From an uncultured Acidobacteriota bacterium (GTDB lineage: Bacteria; Acidobacteriota; Blastocatellia; RBC074): a DNA stretch of 64,000 bases. The stretch is from assembly GCA_963796275.1 (NCBI GenBank), contig CAWCKY010000007.1:608001-672000 (forward strand), written 5' to 3'. Below the pieces are notes generated by a model, which saw nothing but the letters and a program-made list of their open reading frames with translations, ran no database searches and was not told the origin of the DNA. Of this stretch, positions 13,458-24,724 are shown piece after piece. The translations under genes and the position numbers were made by a program. The number at the start of each line of letters is the position of its first letter. The stretch's first letter is position 1.

Positions 13458-14039
13458 TCATCGATTGCCAACGGTCAATTCATTCCGGACCGAAAAAACG
13501 CCGGAGACCCCGTTCGTTCTGATATTGGCTAGATGGGAATCACTCTGGTTATCGACTATACCCTTCAGCGTGACGTTGCCGTTCTTGACGATTATATGGA
13601 TTGACGGCACAGCACCCAGACCATAACGGAAGAGCGGTGAGTTATTGTTGAACAAGGTTCGATATACCGCTCGCCGAATCCGATCGTCATTGGGTGAGAG
13701 AGGCAAGACCTCAATCTGATTCACCACGTTCGCTACGCCCTCGATTTTTTTGGTGACATTCGCAGCATCCGATTTCAATGTCGGTCTGGTTACCTGCCCT
13801 CTCAACAGAACATTTCCATCTCCTCTGACTTCGAACTGTAGCCAATCGAACACGCCGTAATATGGCAACATCAAAAGCTCGTGCCGTACCTCCTTGACTA
13901 AATATGCCCTCGTACGATCCCTGCTCGACTGCTTGTTCGAGAGCTTTGGCCTTTGTGCCGATGCATCTCTCACGATGACACCAGTTATAAAAGTGGCAGC
14001 CAAGATTGTCGCTAGTGAAATAGTCAGACACTGTTTCAT
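13458..14039 (-). CDS. Secreted dual-BON domain protein
   Basis: Signal peptide; two BON repeats (VLLRGQV...GVANVVNQI; IHIIVKNGNVTLKGIV...GVFSVRNEL). Confidence 0.88.
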   Translation of the reverse strand: MKQCLTISLATILAATFITGVIVRDASAQRPKLSNKQSSRDRTRAYLVKEVRHELLMLPYYGVFDWLQFEVRGDGNVLLRGQVTRPTLKSDAANVTKKIEGVANVVNQIEVLPLSPNDDRIRRAVYRTLFNNNSPLFRYGLGAVPSIHIIVKNGNVTLKGIVDNQSDSHLANIRTNGVSGVFSVRNELTVGNR

Positions 14040-14272
14040 TTTAGCTCCTTAATTTTGTAGGGTAACCGCACATGTAATAGTTAATGAACACATGCATAAA
14101 TCTATACATGGGTGTACCAAATTTATCACTGCTTTAGAATTTTATCAGCAAAGCAAGGTTCCCGATACGTGGCTTGATGATTGCGTCATGTCGAATATAG
14201 CACAAAAACCTGTACTGATGAACGTATGGGCAATTGGCAAAAAGTCTAACTATAAATTGGAGGGATTAAACA

Positions 14273-14566
14273 ATGTTGGACGTAATTGCTTGGATAATTT
14301 TTGGTTTGATTGCGGGCGCGATTGCCAAGGCTATTCTGCCGGGCAGCGACCCGGGAGGAGCGATCGTCACAATACTCATCGGTATCGCTGGAGCCCTGCT
14401 AGGCGGATTTCTTGGTCGAGCCATACTCGGTTATGGAACGGTCAGTGAGACGGGAGCAGGTATAACCCGGCCAGGATTTCTCATGAACCTGGTGCTGGCT
14501 GTGATTGGAGCCATCATATTGCTGGCATGCTACAGATTGATAAGAGGTCGAAGTATGACTTCCTGA
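14273..14566 (+). CDS. GlsB/YeaQ/YmgE (transglycosylase-associated) membrane protein
   Basis: IAWIIFGLIAGAIAKAILPG...GIAGALLGG...AVIGAIILL signature. Confidence 0.9.
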   Translation: MLDVIAWIIFGLIAGAIAKAILPGSDPGGAIVTILIGIAGALLGGFLGRAILGYGTVSETGAGITRPGFLMNLVLAVIGAIILLACYRLIRGRSMTS

Positions 14567-14612
14567 GGAGATACGGTGCTGGGGAAGCGAAAGGGAAGGC
14601 GAAAGGAGAGCT

Positions 14613-15773
14613 CTAACCCCCGACGTCATCCAGCTGTTTGACATCGATAATGAAGCCTGCTGCGGTCAGCGACTCACGCAGTCTATGTTCAACCTGCAAT
14701 CGATCCCGTTGCGCCTCGGCAAGCCGCCCGGAAGGGTTTGACTCTTCCAGACGACGAACACTATCGGGTTGAGGTGATGGCGGGCGGGGAGTTGTTTGAC
14801 CGGTGAATAATCGCTCGAGTTCCAGGCCCATGGCTTCCAGCGCATTATATGTGCCAATCGAGAACCGCTCGAACAGGTTGCCGCGCGATTTGGCCAGTTC
14901 GGATAAAATATCGATCGCCTCTCGTTCGACGCCGATCAGCCTCAAACGTTCGGCGTTCAGATTGACGATCTCTTCCGGCAATGGCCTGCCATCGCGAAGC
15001 CGGTAAAGAGCACAGGCTTCGTCGAGCAGATCGATCGATTTATCCGGTTGTTTGCGTCCGGCATATATGGTGCGGCTCTCGGAAATAGTGTGAGAAGCCT
15101 CGATAGCCGCGTCAGTGATGACGACGCAGTGATGCAACTCGAGGCGGGGGCGGCGAGCGCGTAAGACCTGCAACGTTTGATCGCGACCCATCTCGATTAT
15201 CTCTACCGGGTGAAACCTGCGTTCCAGCGCGGCGTCAGGTTGAATAAAGCGGAAGTACTCATCGCGCGTCGTGGCGCCGATGACCCGGATTTCGCCGCGC
15301 GACAAAGCAGGTTTGATCAGGTTGGCCGCATCGAGCGGCTGGCCGATTGCAACTCCCGCTCCGATCAAATTATGCATTTCATCGATAAAGAGAATGACAC
15401 GAGGATCGCGACTGGCTTCATCGATGACTCCCTGAAGGCGTTTCTCGTATTGTCCGCGGAATGTGGTGCCGGCGATGAGATCGAGATGTGAAAGCATCAC
15501 GACTCTCGATTCTTTGAGCGCAGACGGCACCCGGCCCTCTGCGATCCTCCGGGCAAACCCTTCAACGATCGCCGTTTTACCAACCCCAGCTTCTCCAACA
15601 AGCACAGGATTATTCTTCGATTGACGCAGCAGGATAGCAATAATTCGATCCGTCTCGGCATTGCGGCAGGTCACGGGTTCGAGCTCATCGCGTAGTGCGG
15701 CGTCTGTCAGGTCGCGCGTATATGACTCCAGCGCGCGCTTGTTTCCAGGTAAGAATTCTTCCAATTCGCTCAT
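14613..15773 (-). CDS. ClpA/ClpB-type AAA+ protein with NBD1 only
   Basis: YTRDLT...KNNPVLVGEAGVGKT, LFIDEMH, DAALERRF, PDKSIDLLDEA; no N-domain and no second NBD. Confidence 0.85.
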   Translation of the reverse strand: MSELEEFLPGNKRALESYTRDLTDAALRDELEPVTCRNAETDRIIAILLRQSKNNPVLVGEAGVGKTAIVEGFARRIAEGRVPSALKESRVVMLSHLDLIAGTTFRGQYEKRLQGVIDEASRDPRVILFIDEMHNLIGAGVAIGQPLDAANLIKPALSRGEIRVIGATTRDEYFRFIQPDAALERRFHPVEIIEMGRDQTLQVLRARRPRLELHHCVVITDAAIEASHTISESRTIYAGRKQPDKSIDLLDEACALYRLRDGRPLPEEIVNLNAERLRLIGVEREAIDILSELAKSRGNLFERFSIGTYNALEAMGLELERLFTGQTTPRPPSPQPDSVRRLEESNPSGRLAEAQRDRLQVEHRLRESLTAAGFIIDVKQLDDVGG

Positions 15774-15986
15774 ATTATCCAGCAATCAGTTTCCGTCATT
15801 TATATTGGGGAACTGATAGTCAGATACAAACCGAGTCATTAATATGTCAATTATGTTAGTACGGACGACACCCGGAAACAATCCACGCGGATTCAAGTCT
15901 AAGATAATTGAATCTGACAATATCCGGTGCGGGTTGGGATCTCGTCTATCGCTGGTAGAAACAACTCATCGAGCAGGAGGTCAAAA

Positions 15987-16616
15987 ATGAATATGCATAG
16001 ACAATTGTGTTCGCTATCTCGCTTATTTGCGGCAATCTGTTGCGTCGCCGTAATGGCTTGGTTGTCGCATCCATCAGATGCGCAAACCTTATCGAAGGGT
16101 GGAAAGGACAAAGAAGTCTTTACCGGTACCATCTTCTACATGCCCGGGCCGACGGTAGGCGGCCCCGGCAGAACGAGGACTACTACTCAGACGTTTACGA
16201 TCACGCTCAATTGCACGACGCCGAGTGCAGATGTCAGCCGCCTGGCCGGCATCTTGAAATCGGATGGACAGGATGGGTTGTTGTCAGCCATCACTAAGGA
16301 AAAATGTGGAGTTATCCAGTTTGGGCCCAATGTCGGTCGCGACATCAATACGGTCAGCGTCACCACCACGGAGGAGGGAGAACGCAAGATCACCATGCTC
16401 TTCGAGCGCTGGCTGGAATTCTTCGAATTGCGCTATGGCACGAGGTCTCGTGACTACCCGTTCACTTATATCGAACTATTCGTCAATGATAAGGGGAAGG
16501 TCGAAGGGGCGATGATCCCAGCAGCCAGAATTCGATTTATAGGTGATAATTCGGTGGAGATTGAAAACTTTGCCGCGTTTCCCGCCCGCATAACGGGAGA
16601 GCAACGGAACAGATGA
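15987..16616 (+). CDS. Secreted hypothetical protein
   Basis: AGGAGG RBS; signal peptide ending SDA; RSRDYPFTYIEL motif; function not recognised. Confidence 0.7.
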   Translation: MNMHRQLCSLSRLFAAICCVAVMAWLSHPSDAQTLSKGGKDKEVFTGTIFYMPGPTVGGPGRTRTTTQTFTITLNCTTPSADVSRLAGILKSDGQDGLLSAITKEKCGVIQFGPNVGRDINTVSVTTTEEGERKITMLFERWLEFFELRYGTRSRDYPFTYIELFVNDKGKVEGAMIPAARIRFIGDNSVEIENFAAFPARITGEQRNR

Positions 16617-16623
16617 AAGAGGA

Positions 16624-16695
16624 ATTGATAGTGGATAATTGATAATTCGTAAATACCGTGGCAACAGTCTATATCAACTATCAACTATCAACTAT
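16624..16695. repeat. Heptamer inverted-repeat hairpin (TTGATAR / TCAACTA) between convergent genes
   Basis: ATTGATAGTGGATAATTGATAA ... TATCAACTATCAACTATCAACTA. Confidence 0.6.
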
Positions 16696-19085
16696 CCAGT
16701 GACCAGCATCAACTGCAATTGCGACTGCAGCTTCTGCATCTCTTTGGCAATCTCGGCGAAGCCTTCTACGTTGCGGACGGGTGCGAACATCGGATCGGAT
16801 ATCAGGAAGGGATGATTGGCGTAGCCTGTTTTGATCGCTCCGCGAAGCATCTCCAGGCAGCTCGCGGTATCGCCCAGCTGGGCAAAAATCTGGGCGAACA
16901 GGTAATAGTGATAACTGGCGAATTGAATGCGCGACGCCAGTATCTCGTCGAGAATTTGCTTGCCTTTTACTTTTTCGCCTTTGAGCGCGCACAACAAAGC
17001 GTCGATCATCGAATGGAAAAGCCCGCTGCCCGTTTTGCCTGATAACGCCTCGAGCCGTCTGATCGCATCTTCACTTTTGCCTTCGACGAAATCTATAACA
17101 GAGAGCCAGTATGGGACTTCATTCTCAGCGCTGGGTCGACCTTCGAGTTCACGGCGCGCCTCGGCTAGCTTACCTTTCTGATAATAGATGAACCCGATCA
17201 TATATGTGTATGTCACCGGATTGATCTCGGCAGCTTTCTGGAAGAGAGTCAGGGCTATATCCGGCAACCCCGCGTAATCGTAGGCATGTCCCATCGCCTG
17301 GTATGCATACTCGCTGTTCGGCGCAACCTGTATCAGCTGTTTGCATATTCCCAGGGCATTTTTCAGATCGCCCCTTTCTCCATAATAGACGGCGAGCCAG
17401 AACAATGCGGATGGTAATTGCTGGTTGAGTTCGAGCGCTTTGCGGGCGGCCGCTTCCGCCTTGGCCAGCATCGATTCATCGCGCAAATAACCGCGAGCGT
17501 TGATGTATCGGCCGGCGAGGGCTGCCCATGCGGGAGCGTATGAAGGATCGATCCCGACGGAAGCCTCGAACATCTCCACACCCTGCCGGTGTTCTTCCGT
17601 AGTATTCCCGAAAGCAAGGCCGCGAAGATAGAACTCATATGCCATCGGATTGCGGGCCTCGTCGCGCTTGATAGCTTCCTGTTCCCCGGTGGTAATGTTG
17701 AGGCGCAAGCCGCGGATAAGCTCTTCGCATATCCGGTCCTGAAGCGAGATGACGTTGTCGTATTTCAGGTCGATGCGTTCCTGCCACAGGATTTCATTCT
17801 GCGACACATCGATCAATTGGACGTTGACGCGAAAATTATCGAGTGATTTCAGGTAACTGCCCGAAAGTATGGTATCCACCTGCAACTCGCGCCCGACATT
17901 CCGCGGGTCTATCGGTTGATTGCGGTATTTTTCAACAGCCGTTGACGGACGAACAATAAGCGATTTAATGGGAGCCAGGTTGGTGATAACGCTATCGGCC
18001 AGCGCGAAACCCAGAAACTCAATTTCGCCATCGCCCGTCAAATTGCGAAGAGGCAGGATCGCCAGCCGGCGGCGGAGAGATTTTGATACCCGGGCGGGGT
18101 GTGTCGCGGCCGCGGCGGTAGTGTTTGACTCGGTCGTTCCGCCCGTCTTTTCATCGTCCAATTGTGTGTCATATGCGCTCGGGTCCTCAAAGGCCGTCCG
18201 CAGCGCAAGCGCAAATTCGTGAGCCGAAGAGAAGCGCAGATCGCGATCTTTCGCCAGCGATTTCATGACGACGAACTCGATGGCCGGCGTTATTTCGCCG
18301 CGAAATTCGCTCATCAACGGTGGATTCGAATTTATCTGGTGCACCAGCATCGCGGGCGAAGAGGCTTTCCCGAACGGCGTCGCACCCGTGAGCATCTCGT
18401 AGAGAACGATGCCCAGGGAATAGATATCGGAGCGCGCATCCAGTTCGAGCCCCATGCTCTGCTCGGGCGACATATAAGCGGGAGATCCAATGATGTTCGC
18501 CCCCGTCAGGTTGATATCACTCTCCTCGGTCTGCGCCTCGCGGATTTTGGCCACCCCGAAGTCCAGGACTTTGGCCGTGCATTCGCCATTATGTTGTTCT
18601 TCTATAATGATATTATCCGGTTTTAGGTCGCGATGGATGATTCCGGCGATGTGCGCGGCCGAGACCGCAGAGCATACCTGTTCGATTAATTCGACCGCGC
18701 GTTCGATAGCCATCGGACCCCGCCGCAGTACCTGGCGCAGTCCCTGTCCGCGCAAATACTCCATGACTATGTACGGGCCGTAATCGCTGATGCCGTAATC
18801 ATAAACCTGAATAATATTAGGATGTTGAAGGGAAGCTACGGAACGCGCCTCGCGACGGAAACGCTCTTGAACCTTGTCGTCGCGGCTGAGCGTGGGTAGC
18901 AGCATCTTAATGGCTACCGCGCGATCGAGCCCGAGTTGTGTTGCTTCAAAGACAGCTCCCATGCCCCCGCGACTGATCAACCGTTCGATACGGTAGCGAT
19001 CGGCAAGTACTGTGCCGGCATTCAAACCGTACCATGACGTCTCGCGCGGGTGCCCTTCGGGGTTTGTAGATAAGGATTCTGTCAT
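16692..19085 (-). CDS. Ser/Thr protein kinase with TolB-like and TPR domains
   Basis: GGMGAV, VAIK, HRDLKPDN, DFG, YMSPE; LAILPLRNL domain; TPR repeats. Confidence 0.92.
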   Translation of the reverse strand: MTESLSTNPEGHPRETSWYGLNAGTVLADRYRIERLISRGGMGAVFEATQLGLDRAVAIKMLLPTLSRDDKVQERFRREARSVASLQHPNIIQVYDYGISDYGPYIVMEYLRGQGLRQVLRRGPMAIERAVELIEQVCSAVSAAHIAGIIHRDLKPDNIIIEEQHNGECTAKVLDFGVAKIREAQTEESDINLTGANIIGSPAYMSPEQSMGLELDARSDIYSLGIVLYEMLTGATPFGKASSPAMLVHQINSNPPLMSEFRGEITPAIEFVVMKSLAKDRDLRFSSAHEFALALRTAFEDPSAYDTQLDDEKTGGTTESNTTAAAATHPARVSKSLRRRLAILPLRNLTGDGEIEFLGFALADSVITNLAPIKSLIVRPSTAVEKYRNQPIDPRNVGRELQVDTILSGSYLKSLDNFRVNVQLIDVSQNEILWQERIDLKYDNVISLQDRICEELIRGLRLNITTGEQEAIKRDEARNPMAYEFYLRGLAFGNTTEEHRQGVEMFEASVGIDPSYAPAWAALAGRYINARGYLRDESMLAKAEAAARKALELNQQLPSALFWLAVYYGERGDLKNALGICKQLIQVAPNSEYAYQAMGHAYDYAGLPDIALTLFQKAAEINPVTYTYMIGFIYYQKGKLAEARRELEGRPSAENEVPYWLSVIDFVEGKSEDAIRRLEALSGKTGSGLFHSMIDALLCALKGEKVKGKQILDEILASRIQFASYHYYLFAQIFAQLGDTASCLEMLRGAIKTGYANHPFLISDPMFAPVRNVEGFAEIAKEMQKLQSQLQLMLVTG

Positions 19086-19166
19086 GGTTAACTCTCGGGG
19101 TATATATCAACTACAGGTACGGATGTTGCGCCTAAATGGTTTCCTGTGAAATTAATTTCGATCGGC

Positions 19167-20318
19167 TTAGTTATTCTTTTTCCGAAATCTCATGGCGCTG
19201 ACTGTGATCATGAAACCACTCATTAATGTCAAAATCAATCCTTGCTTCCAGAGATCGCCCAGATTCGCCCCGCGCAGGATGATCCCACGGAAAATTTCGA
19301 TCAGATAGGTGGTCGGGATTATGCTGCTGATCCATTGAAAAACCTGAGGCATCGTCTCTATGGGAAAAATATAACCTGAAAGAAAGATCGACGGCATCAT
19401 GGTCCCGAAGGCAGCCTGCGTGGCTTCCTGATAAGACTGCGCGCGCGTAGAGATGAGGAGTCCGAACCCGAGCATAGTCAGAATGAAAGGGGTGACCAGC
19501 AGCATCAGCAGTAAAATATTGCCCTTTATCGGGACACCGAAAGCCCATCGCATGAGCACCAGCAGGATGCAAATTTCAGTATAAGCTACCACCGCATAGG
19601 GGACGATCTTGCCTAGCATCAAGCCGAGCGGTTTGATCGGTGTCATATAAAGTTGTTCGAGAGTCCCCCGTTCGCGCTCACGCACGATCGCGATAGCAGT
19701 CAGCAGCACAGTCATCATCTGCATAAGGACGGCGATCATTCCGGGAATTAGAAAATTGGCCGACCTCGAATCGGGGTTGAAGAGAATCTTGGGCCGGGCT
19801 TCGACCGGAAGTTGCTGCCCGGTCACCGAGACGCTCAGGGCGCGCTCCAGCGATTCCCGGAGTACGATGGCGTTCGCCACGTTCAATGCCTCGCCCGCGA
19901 CGGAAGATTCCGACCCGTCGACCAGAACCAGCACCTCTGCCGTTTCGCCTGCCAGCAGCTGGCGCGAATAGTCGGGCGGGATCTTTATGCCCACGCGCGC
20001 GCGGCCGGCGATGATCTCACGGTTGAGCTCTTCATCGGAATAAACGCTCTTGACGATCTTGAAATCGTCCGAGTTTACGAATCGGTCGAGTAATCGGCGG
20101 CTCTCCTGCGTCTTCGCTCCATCGTAGATCACCGTCCGTATATCGCGGACGTTCGTGTTGATCGCGTATCCGATCATGAATAGCTGCACCATCGGTATTA
20201 AAACGGTGAAGAAGAGCGCCATCGGGTCGCGGCGAATATGGATCGCTTCCTTGCGCAGGATGGGGATCAAGCCGGTAAACGGATTCGATCGCTGACTGGG
20301 AGATGCGGAATTGAGCAT
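19167..20318 (-). CDS. ABC-2 permease (YbhS/YbhR-like)
   Basis: [13 protein letters not shown] motif; 6 TMs. Confidence 0.9.
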   Translation of the reverse strand: MLNSASPSQRSNPFTGLIPILRKEAIHIRRDPMALFFTVLIPMVQLFMIGYAINTNVRDIRTVIYDGAKTQESRRLLDRFVNSDDFKIVKSVYSDEELNREIIAGRARVGIKIPPDYSRQLLAGETAEVLVLVDGSESSVAGEALNVANAIVLRESLERALSVSVTGQQLPVEARPKILFNPDSRSANFLIPGMIAVLMQMMTVLLTAIAIVRERERGTLEQLYMTPIKPLGLMLGKIVPYAVVAYTEICILLVLMRWAFGVPIKGNILLLMLLVTPFILTMLGFGLLISTRAQSYQEATQAAFGTMMPSIFLSGYIFPIETMPQVFQWISSIIPTTYLIEIFRGIILRGANLGDLWKQGLILTLMSGFMITVSAMRFRKKNN

Positions 20319-20413
20319 GAATAAAAATGATTCACCGCAAACAATATAAAAATACAAAATACACGAAGCGCGCATCATTTTTGTGCCTTTTGTACTTAGG
20401 TGTCATTTGTGAA

Positions 20414-21352
20414 TCAGGCCTCATTTAATGAATTTGTCAATGTCACGAATACGTCTTCGAGCGAAGGTGTAATCGGCCTCAATTCGACTTCGGTATATCC
20501 TTCATGCGCCAGGTCGGCTCGGATCTGATCGAGGCCGATACTTTCGTCCATCAATAAATGGATACCCTGACCGAAGATCGTCGAGCTGAAGACATACGGA
20601 AATCGCTTGACTACAGCCAGCGCGCTCGACGTGTGTTTTGTATCGATCTCGATGCGTTTGGTGCCTGGCGGAGAGACTTGAGGAATCTCCTTCAAGTCGT
20701 CAGGTGTACCATACGCGATGAGCTTTGACATATAAATATAACCGACTCGCCCGCACCGTTCGGCTTCGTCCATATAATGGGTCGTGACGAAGAAAGTGAC
20801 GCCCTGACCCGAGAGCTCGAACAGCAGGTCCCACAGATCGCGCCGCGCAACCGGATCGATGCCTGCGGTCGGCTCGTCGAGAAACATCAGGCGCGGTTCG
20901 TGTATGAAAGCGCAGGCGAGCGCCAGGCGTTGTTTCCATCCGCCTGAAAGTTTCCCCGCGCGGCGATTGAGATACGGCTCGAGGCGCGTCAACTCGATGA
21001 CCTCGTTCTTCCGGCGCCTCAAGTAGTCCCCGGCCAGCCCATAAACGCCGGCGTAAAATTCGATGTTCTCTATGACGGTCAGGTCCTCATAGAGACTGAA
21101 TTTCTGCGACATGTAGCCGACGCGCCGGCGAATCTCTTCGGATTGCGTGACACAATCATAGCCCAGGACTCGGCCTTTTCCTTCCGCGGGAGTGATCAGG
21201 CCGCAGAGGGCTTTGATGAGGGTCGTTTTCCCCGATCCGTTGGGGCCGAGGAATCCGAAAATTTCGCCGCTCTCCACCGAAAGTGTCACGTGATCGACCG
21301 CTGTGAAGGTTCCGAATCGTATCGTTATGTCTTCCGTTGTTATTGCCGCCAT
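20414..21352 (-). CDS. ABC ATP-binding protein (YbhF-like, single domain)
   Basis: [22 protein letters not shown]. Confidence 0.92.
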   Translation of the reverse strand: MAAITTEDITIRFGTFTAVDHVTLSVESGEIFGFLGPNGSGKTTLIKALCGLITPAEGKGRVLGYDCVTQSEEIRRRVGYMSQKFSLYEDLTVIENIEFYAGVYGLAGDYLRRRKNEVIELTRLEPYLNRRAGKLSGGWKQRLALACAFIHEPRLMFLDEPTAGIDPVARRDLWDLLFELSGQGVTFFVTTHYMDEAERCGRVGYIYMSKLIAYGTPDDLKEIPQVSPPGTKRIEIDTKHTSSALAVVKRFPYVFSSTIFGQGIHLLMDESIGLDQIRADLAHEGYTEVELRPITPSLEDVFVTLTNSLNEA

Positions 21353-22506
21353 CAGTCCTGTCTCAATATCGTGACATCCGCAGCCATCCCCGGCTTCAAC
21401 TTGCCCTCACGGTTATCGATACGAACCTTTACGCCGAAGACCTGATGAGCGCGCTCATCACGGCTTTGTATATTGCGGGGAGTGAATTCGCCCTCGGAGT
21501 TTATCTGCTCGATAGTTCCGTCGACCGGATCTTTGGGAAATGTATCGACCACTATTTTCGCGCGCTGCCCGACCTTGACCAGACCCAGTTGCGGCTCGGG
21601 TATGTATATCCGGACCCATATCTGGTCGCGCTCGAGCAGCTTGGCCACGGGTTGGTTGGGCGTCAGCAGGTCTCCCGGACGGACCGAGACCACTTCCACG
21701 ATTGAATTAACCGGAGCATCTACCACGCCCTCGGCCAATTGGACTTTGATCTGTTCGACTCGCGCCGCCGCTTCGTTTAGTTGAGCGCGCGCATCGGCGA
21801 TCTCTTCCGAGCGCGGGCCGGCAAGCACCAGGTTTTCAGCCTCCTGAGCCTGCTTGAATCGTTCTTCGGCTGCGCGGATATCCTCTTTACGGCTCCCGCT
21901 GAGCAGCAGACGCAGGCGCTCTTTCTCGGATTCTTGGCGCGCGCGCAGGTTTTCATAACGGAATTTAGCGGCGTCGAATTCCTGTTTCGAGATGTCGCCG
22001 GTCTCACGCAATCTCTCCATGCGTTTAAATTCGGCCTCCGCGCTGTTTACGTCAGCTCGGGCCGCCTCGACCGATGCGCGGGCCTGTGCGATCTCTTCCG
22101 GCCGGGGACCGTTGCGCACAGCCTCGAGGGTAGCGCGGGCCGTCTCAGTCGCCGCACGCGCCTGTGCCTTCTCTTCCGGACGCGCGCCCCGTTCGAGCCT
22201 TAGTAGCCGCGCGCGCTGCTGATCGACGCGAGCCTGCGCCTGCGAGAGCTGAGTCTGTAACTCCGCCATATCAAACTTCACCAGCGGTTGCCCGGCTTTC
22301 ACCTCTTGACCTTCAAGAACCAGGACTTCGAGCACTCGCCCTCCCACCTTTGAGCCCACCCGAATCTCGCGCGTCTCGATCGTACCCGAAAAGATCAGGT
22401 CGTCCTTCTTTTTGAAGATGAGGCCCGTATTGCCGCAGCCGAGATGGAAAAATGTTACGAAAATTATAGCTAGGGCGAGGGTATGTTTGATCTCCTGCTT
22501 TCTCAT
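21352..22506 (-). CDS. HlyD-family membrane fusion protein (YbhG-like)
   Basis: [14 protein letters not shown], coiled coil, [18 protein letters not shown]. Confidence 0.92.
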   Translation of the reverse strand: MRKQEIKHTLALAIIFVTFFHLGCGNTGLIFKKKDDLIFSGTIETREIRVGSKVGGRVLEVLVLEGQEVKAGQPLVKFDMAELQTQLSQAQARVDQQRARLLRLERGARPEEKAQARAATETARATLEAVRNGPRPEEIAQARASVEAARADVNSAEAEFKRMERLRETGDISKQEFDAAKFRYENLRARQESEKERLRLLLSGSRKEDIRAAEERFKQAQEAENLVLAGPRSEEIADARAQLNEAAARVEQIKVQLAEGVVDAPVNSIVEVVSVRPGDLLTPNQPVAKLLERDQIWVRIYIPEPQLGLVKVGQRAKIVVDTFPKDPVDGTIEQINSEGEFTPRNIQSRDERAHQVFGVKVRIDNREGKLKPGMAADVTILRQD

Positions 22507-22560
22507 TCATCTCTCCCGTCACTCCATCCGAAACAATTCATGTATCACTTCCGATGGATG

Positions 22561-22605
22561 TAAGTAAGTGCTTACTTATATAGCACGTGAATCTGCGAGG
22601 CGCAA
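22561..22605 (-). promoter_or_regulatory. Promoter of the efflux operon with an overlapping TetR-like palindromic operator
   Basis: Minus strand TTGCGC-17bp-TATATA; palindrome TAAGTAAG-TG-CTTACTTA at 22561-22578 overlaps the -10/+1 region. Confidence 0.65.
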
Positions 22606-22619
22606 GAAGCGTGGCAGGG

Positions 22620-22963
22620 CATTTATCATTTATCATTTTCGATTTTCGATTTTAGATTGGTTGTCATCGGCACACTGCAATTCTTCAAATGACAAATGAT
22701 AAATGAACAATGAATCGTTCATTTATCATTTCCGATTTTAGATTTTAGATTTGTTGTCATCGGCACACCGCACACTTCTTCAAATGACAAATGACAAATG
22801 ACAAATGACAAATGACAAATGACAAATGACAAATGACAAATGACAAATGAACAATGAATCGTTCATTTATCATTTTAGATTTTCGATTTTAGATTGGTAG
22901 TCATCGGCACACTGCACACTTCTTCAAATGACAAATGAACTGAACAATGAACAATGAACAATG
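22620..22963. repeat. Three tandem heptamer-hairpin modules with an expanded (AAATGAC)n tract
   Basis: Each module: CATTTATCATT..TTAGATT..GTCATCGGCACAC..TTCTTCAAATGAC..; the middle module has about 9 consecutive AAATGAC. Confidence 0.9.
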
Positions 22964-23342
22964 TTATGGACCATCCGTGATCGTGACGACCCGTTTAGCC
23001 GGTAAGGCGGTCGCAACAGCTGCGAAAGGAAGGCGCAGGTGCGCGAAGGTCACAGGCAGGTTAATGGCACAGAATTTCTCGAGGCATCGCCCGACTAACA
23101 GGTTGGGCCAGAAGACCGAACTCGCCATCCGCTCCATATCCCGCCAATCCAGCCCAGCCACCAATGCCGCGCCGATCAGGCTTGCCGGCGCTCGTGCCTG
23201 CGATGACGGATGGCTGAATTCCCAGTTCGTTCAATGTTTTGATGACCCCGATATGCGCTAAACCGCGGACGGAGCCACCGCTCAGAGCCAATCCGATTCT
23301 GGGATTCCGCATTCCCAGAATCGGACGATCGGACGCTGACAT
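22964..23342 (-). pseudogene. Patatin-like phospholipase, frameshifted and truncated at the heptamer repeat
   Basis: [15 protein letters not shown] and GTSAG motifs; +1 at about 23182 restores GTSAGSLIGA; frame stops at 22964 before any DGG catalytic Asp motif. Confidence 0.8.
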
Positions 23343-23479
23343 AATTTCCTCCATCTCACTACGTCTAAATCTTTCATACACTTAGCATAAAGTATGATGT
23401 GGCACGCCGATTGGTTATTGAATTAATTGACCCCCCTGGCGAACCGCTATCGGGTGTTTTTCAGAATATGAGGTATACG

Positions 23480-24712
23480 ATGATCAGTACTGGAATAGTA
23501 AGGCCCGATCTTAAGCGCTTTCCGCAACAACCGCACGCATCTGCCTCATCTGTGACTAAGGGGCGAACTTTGATCGCCGATGATCAGCCGGACGTGCTCG
23601 CAGCTCTACATCTTTTGCTGAAGGGCGAGGGATATCAAACCGAAACCGTAACCTCGCCGGCAGCGGCTATCGAGGCGATCGAACAGCGCAACTTCGATCT
23701 TGTGCTGATGGATTTGAATTACGCGCGCGACACGACATCGGGACACGAGGGGTTAGATCTGCTGGCGAGGATTCACGAAATCGACTGCACATTGCCGGTT
23801 GTTGTGATGACCGCATGGGGAAGCATCGAGCTGGCCGTCGAGGCGATCCGGGGTGGCAGCGCTGATTTCATTCAGAAACCCTGGGACAATTCGCATCTCC
23901 TCGACGTCGTCCGGAGGCAACTCGAGCGAGGGCGGGAACTGCGGCAAAAAAGAGATCTCGAGTTTGCGCGCGAGCTGGCGCGGACCAGAGAGATGGAGGA
24001 AGCGCGCAACATTCAGCAGCGGCTGTTACCTCGAGAAATTTCGCAAATCAAAGGATGCGATGTCTCCGCGCTCTGGTTGCCGGCGTGCGAGGTAAGCGGC
24101 GACTATTTCGATGTCCTCAAATTCAGCGACCGCACCGCCGCGCTCTGCATCGCCGATGTCATGGGGAAGGGCATGCCGGCCGCTCTGCTGATGTCGAACA
24201 TACAGGCGGCGGTCAAATCACTCGCCTCAACCGGCAGCGCGGTCAACAGCCTTACCGATCAGGTCAATCGTCTGGTTTGTGACAACGTGGATGAGGGCAA
24301 GTTCATCACGTTCTTCTACTGCGTTGTCGATATGTCAGCTGGCAGGCTCTTCTATACAAACGCCGGGCACCATGCGCCGATATTGGTGCGGCGCGATGGA
24401 GAGATCGTCCGGCTGACGGAGGGGGGACCGGTCTTGGGGCTGATTTCCGATTATGTTTATGAGGTGGATCAGGTCGAATTGAGGCCGGGAGATCGTCTGG
24501 CTCTCTTCACCGACGGACTGACGGAAGCGCGGGATGTCGATGATGAGGAGTTCGGCGAAGAGCGCTTGATGTCGATCCTGCGTTCCAGCCGGGAACTTAG
24601 TTCGGGGAACATCCAGGGGATTATTGTGAAGGCCGTGGATGATTTCAGTCAGGGCGAGATGAGCGATGATACGACACTGATCGTCCTCGCAATTGACGGG
24701 TTGGAGCCATGA
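23480..24712 (+). CDS. Receiver domain plus SpoIIE/PP2C phosphatase (RsbU/RsbP-like)
   Basis: IADDQ...LMDLN...QKPW receiver; SGDYFD, IADVMGKG, FTDGLTE, DDTT phosphatase motifs. Confidence 0.9.
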   Translation: MISTGIVRPDLKRFPQQPHASASSVTKGRTLIADDQPDVLAALHLLLKGEGYQTETVTSPAAAIEAIEQRNFDLVLMDLNYARDTTSGHEGLDLLARIHEIDCTLPVVVMTAWGSIELAVEAIRGGSADFIQKPWDNSHLLDVVRRQLERGRELRQKRDLEFARELARTREMEEARNIQQRLLPREISQIKGCDVSALWLPACEVSGDYFDVLKFSDRTAALCIADVMGKGMPAALLMSNIQAAVKSLASTGSAVNSLTDQVNRLVCDNVDEGKFITFFYCVVDMSAGRLFYTNAGHHAPILVRRDGEIVRLTEGGPVLGLISDYVYEVDQVELRPGDRLALFTDGLTEARDVDDEEFGEERLMSILRSSRELSSGNIQGIIVKAVDDFSQGEMSDDTTLIVLAIDGLEP

Positions 24713-24724
24713 ACAGGGGAGATT

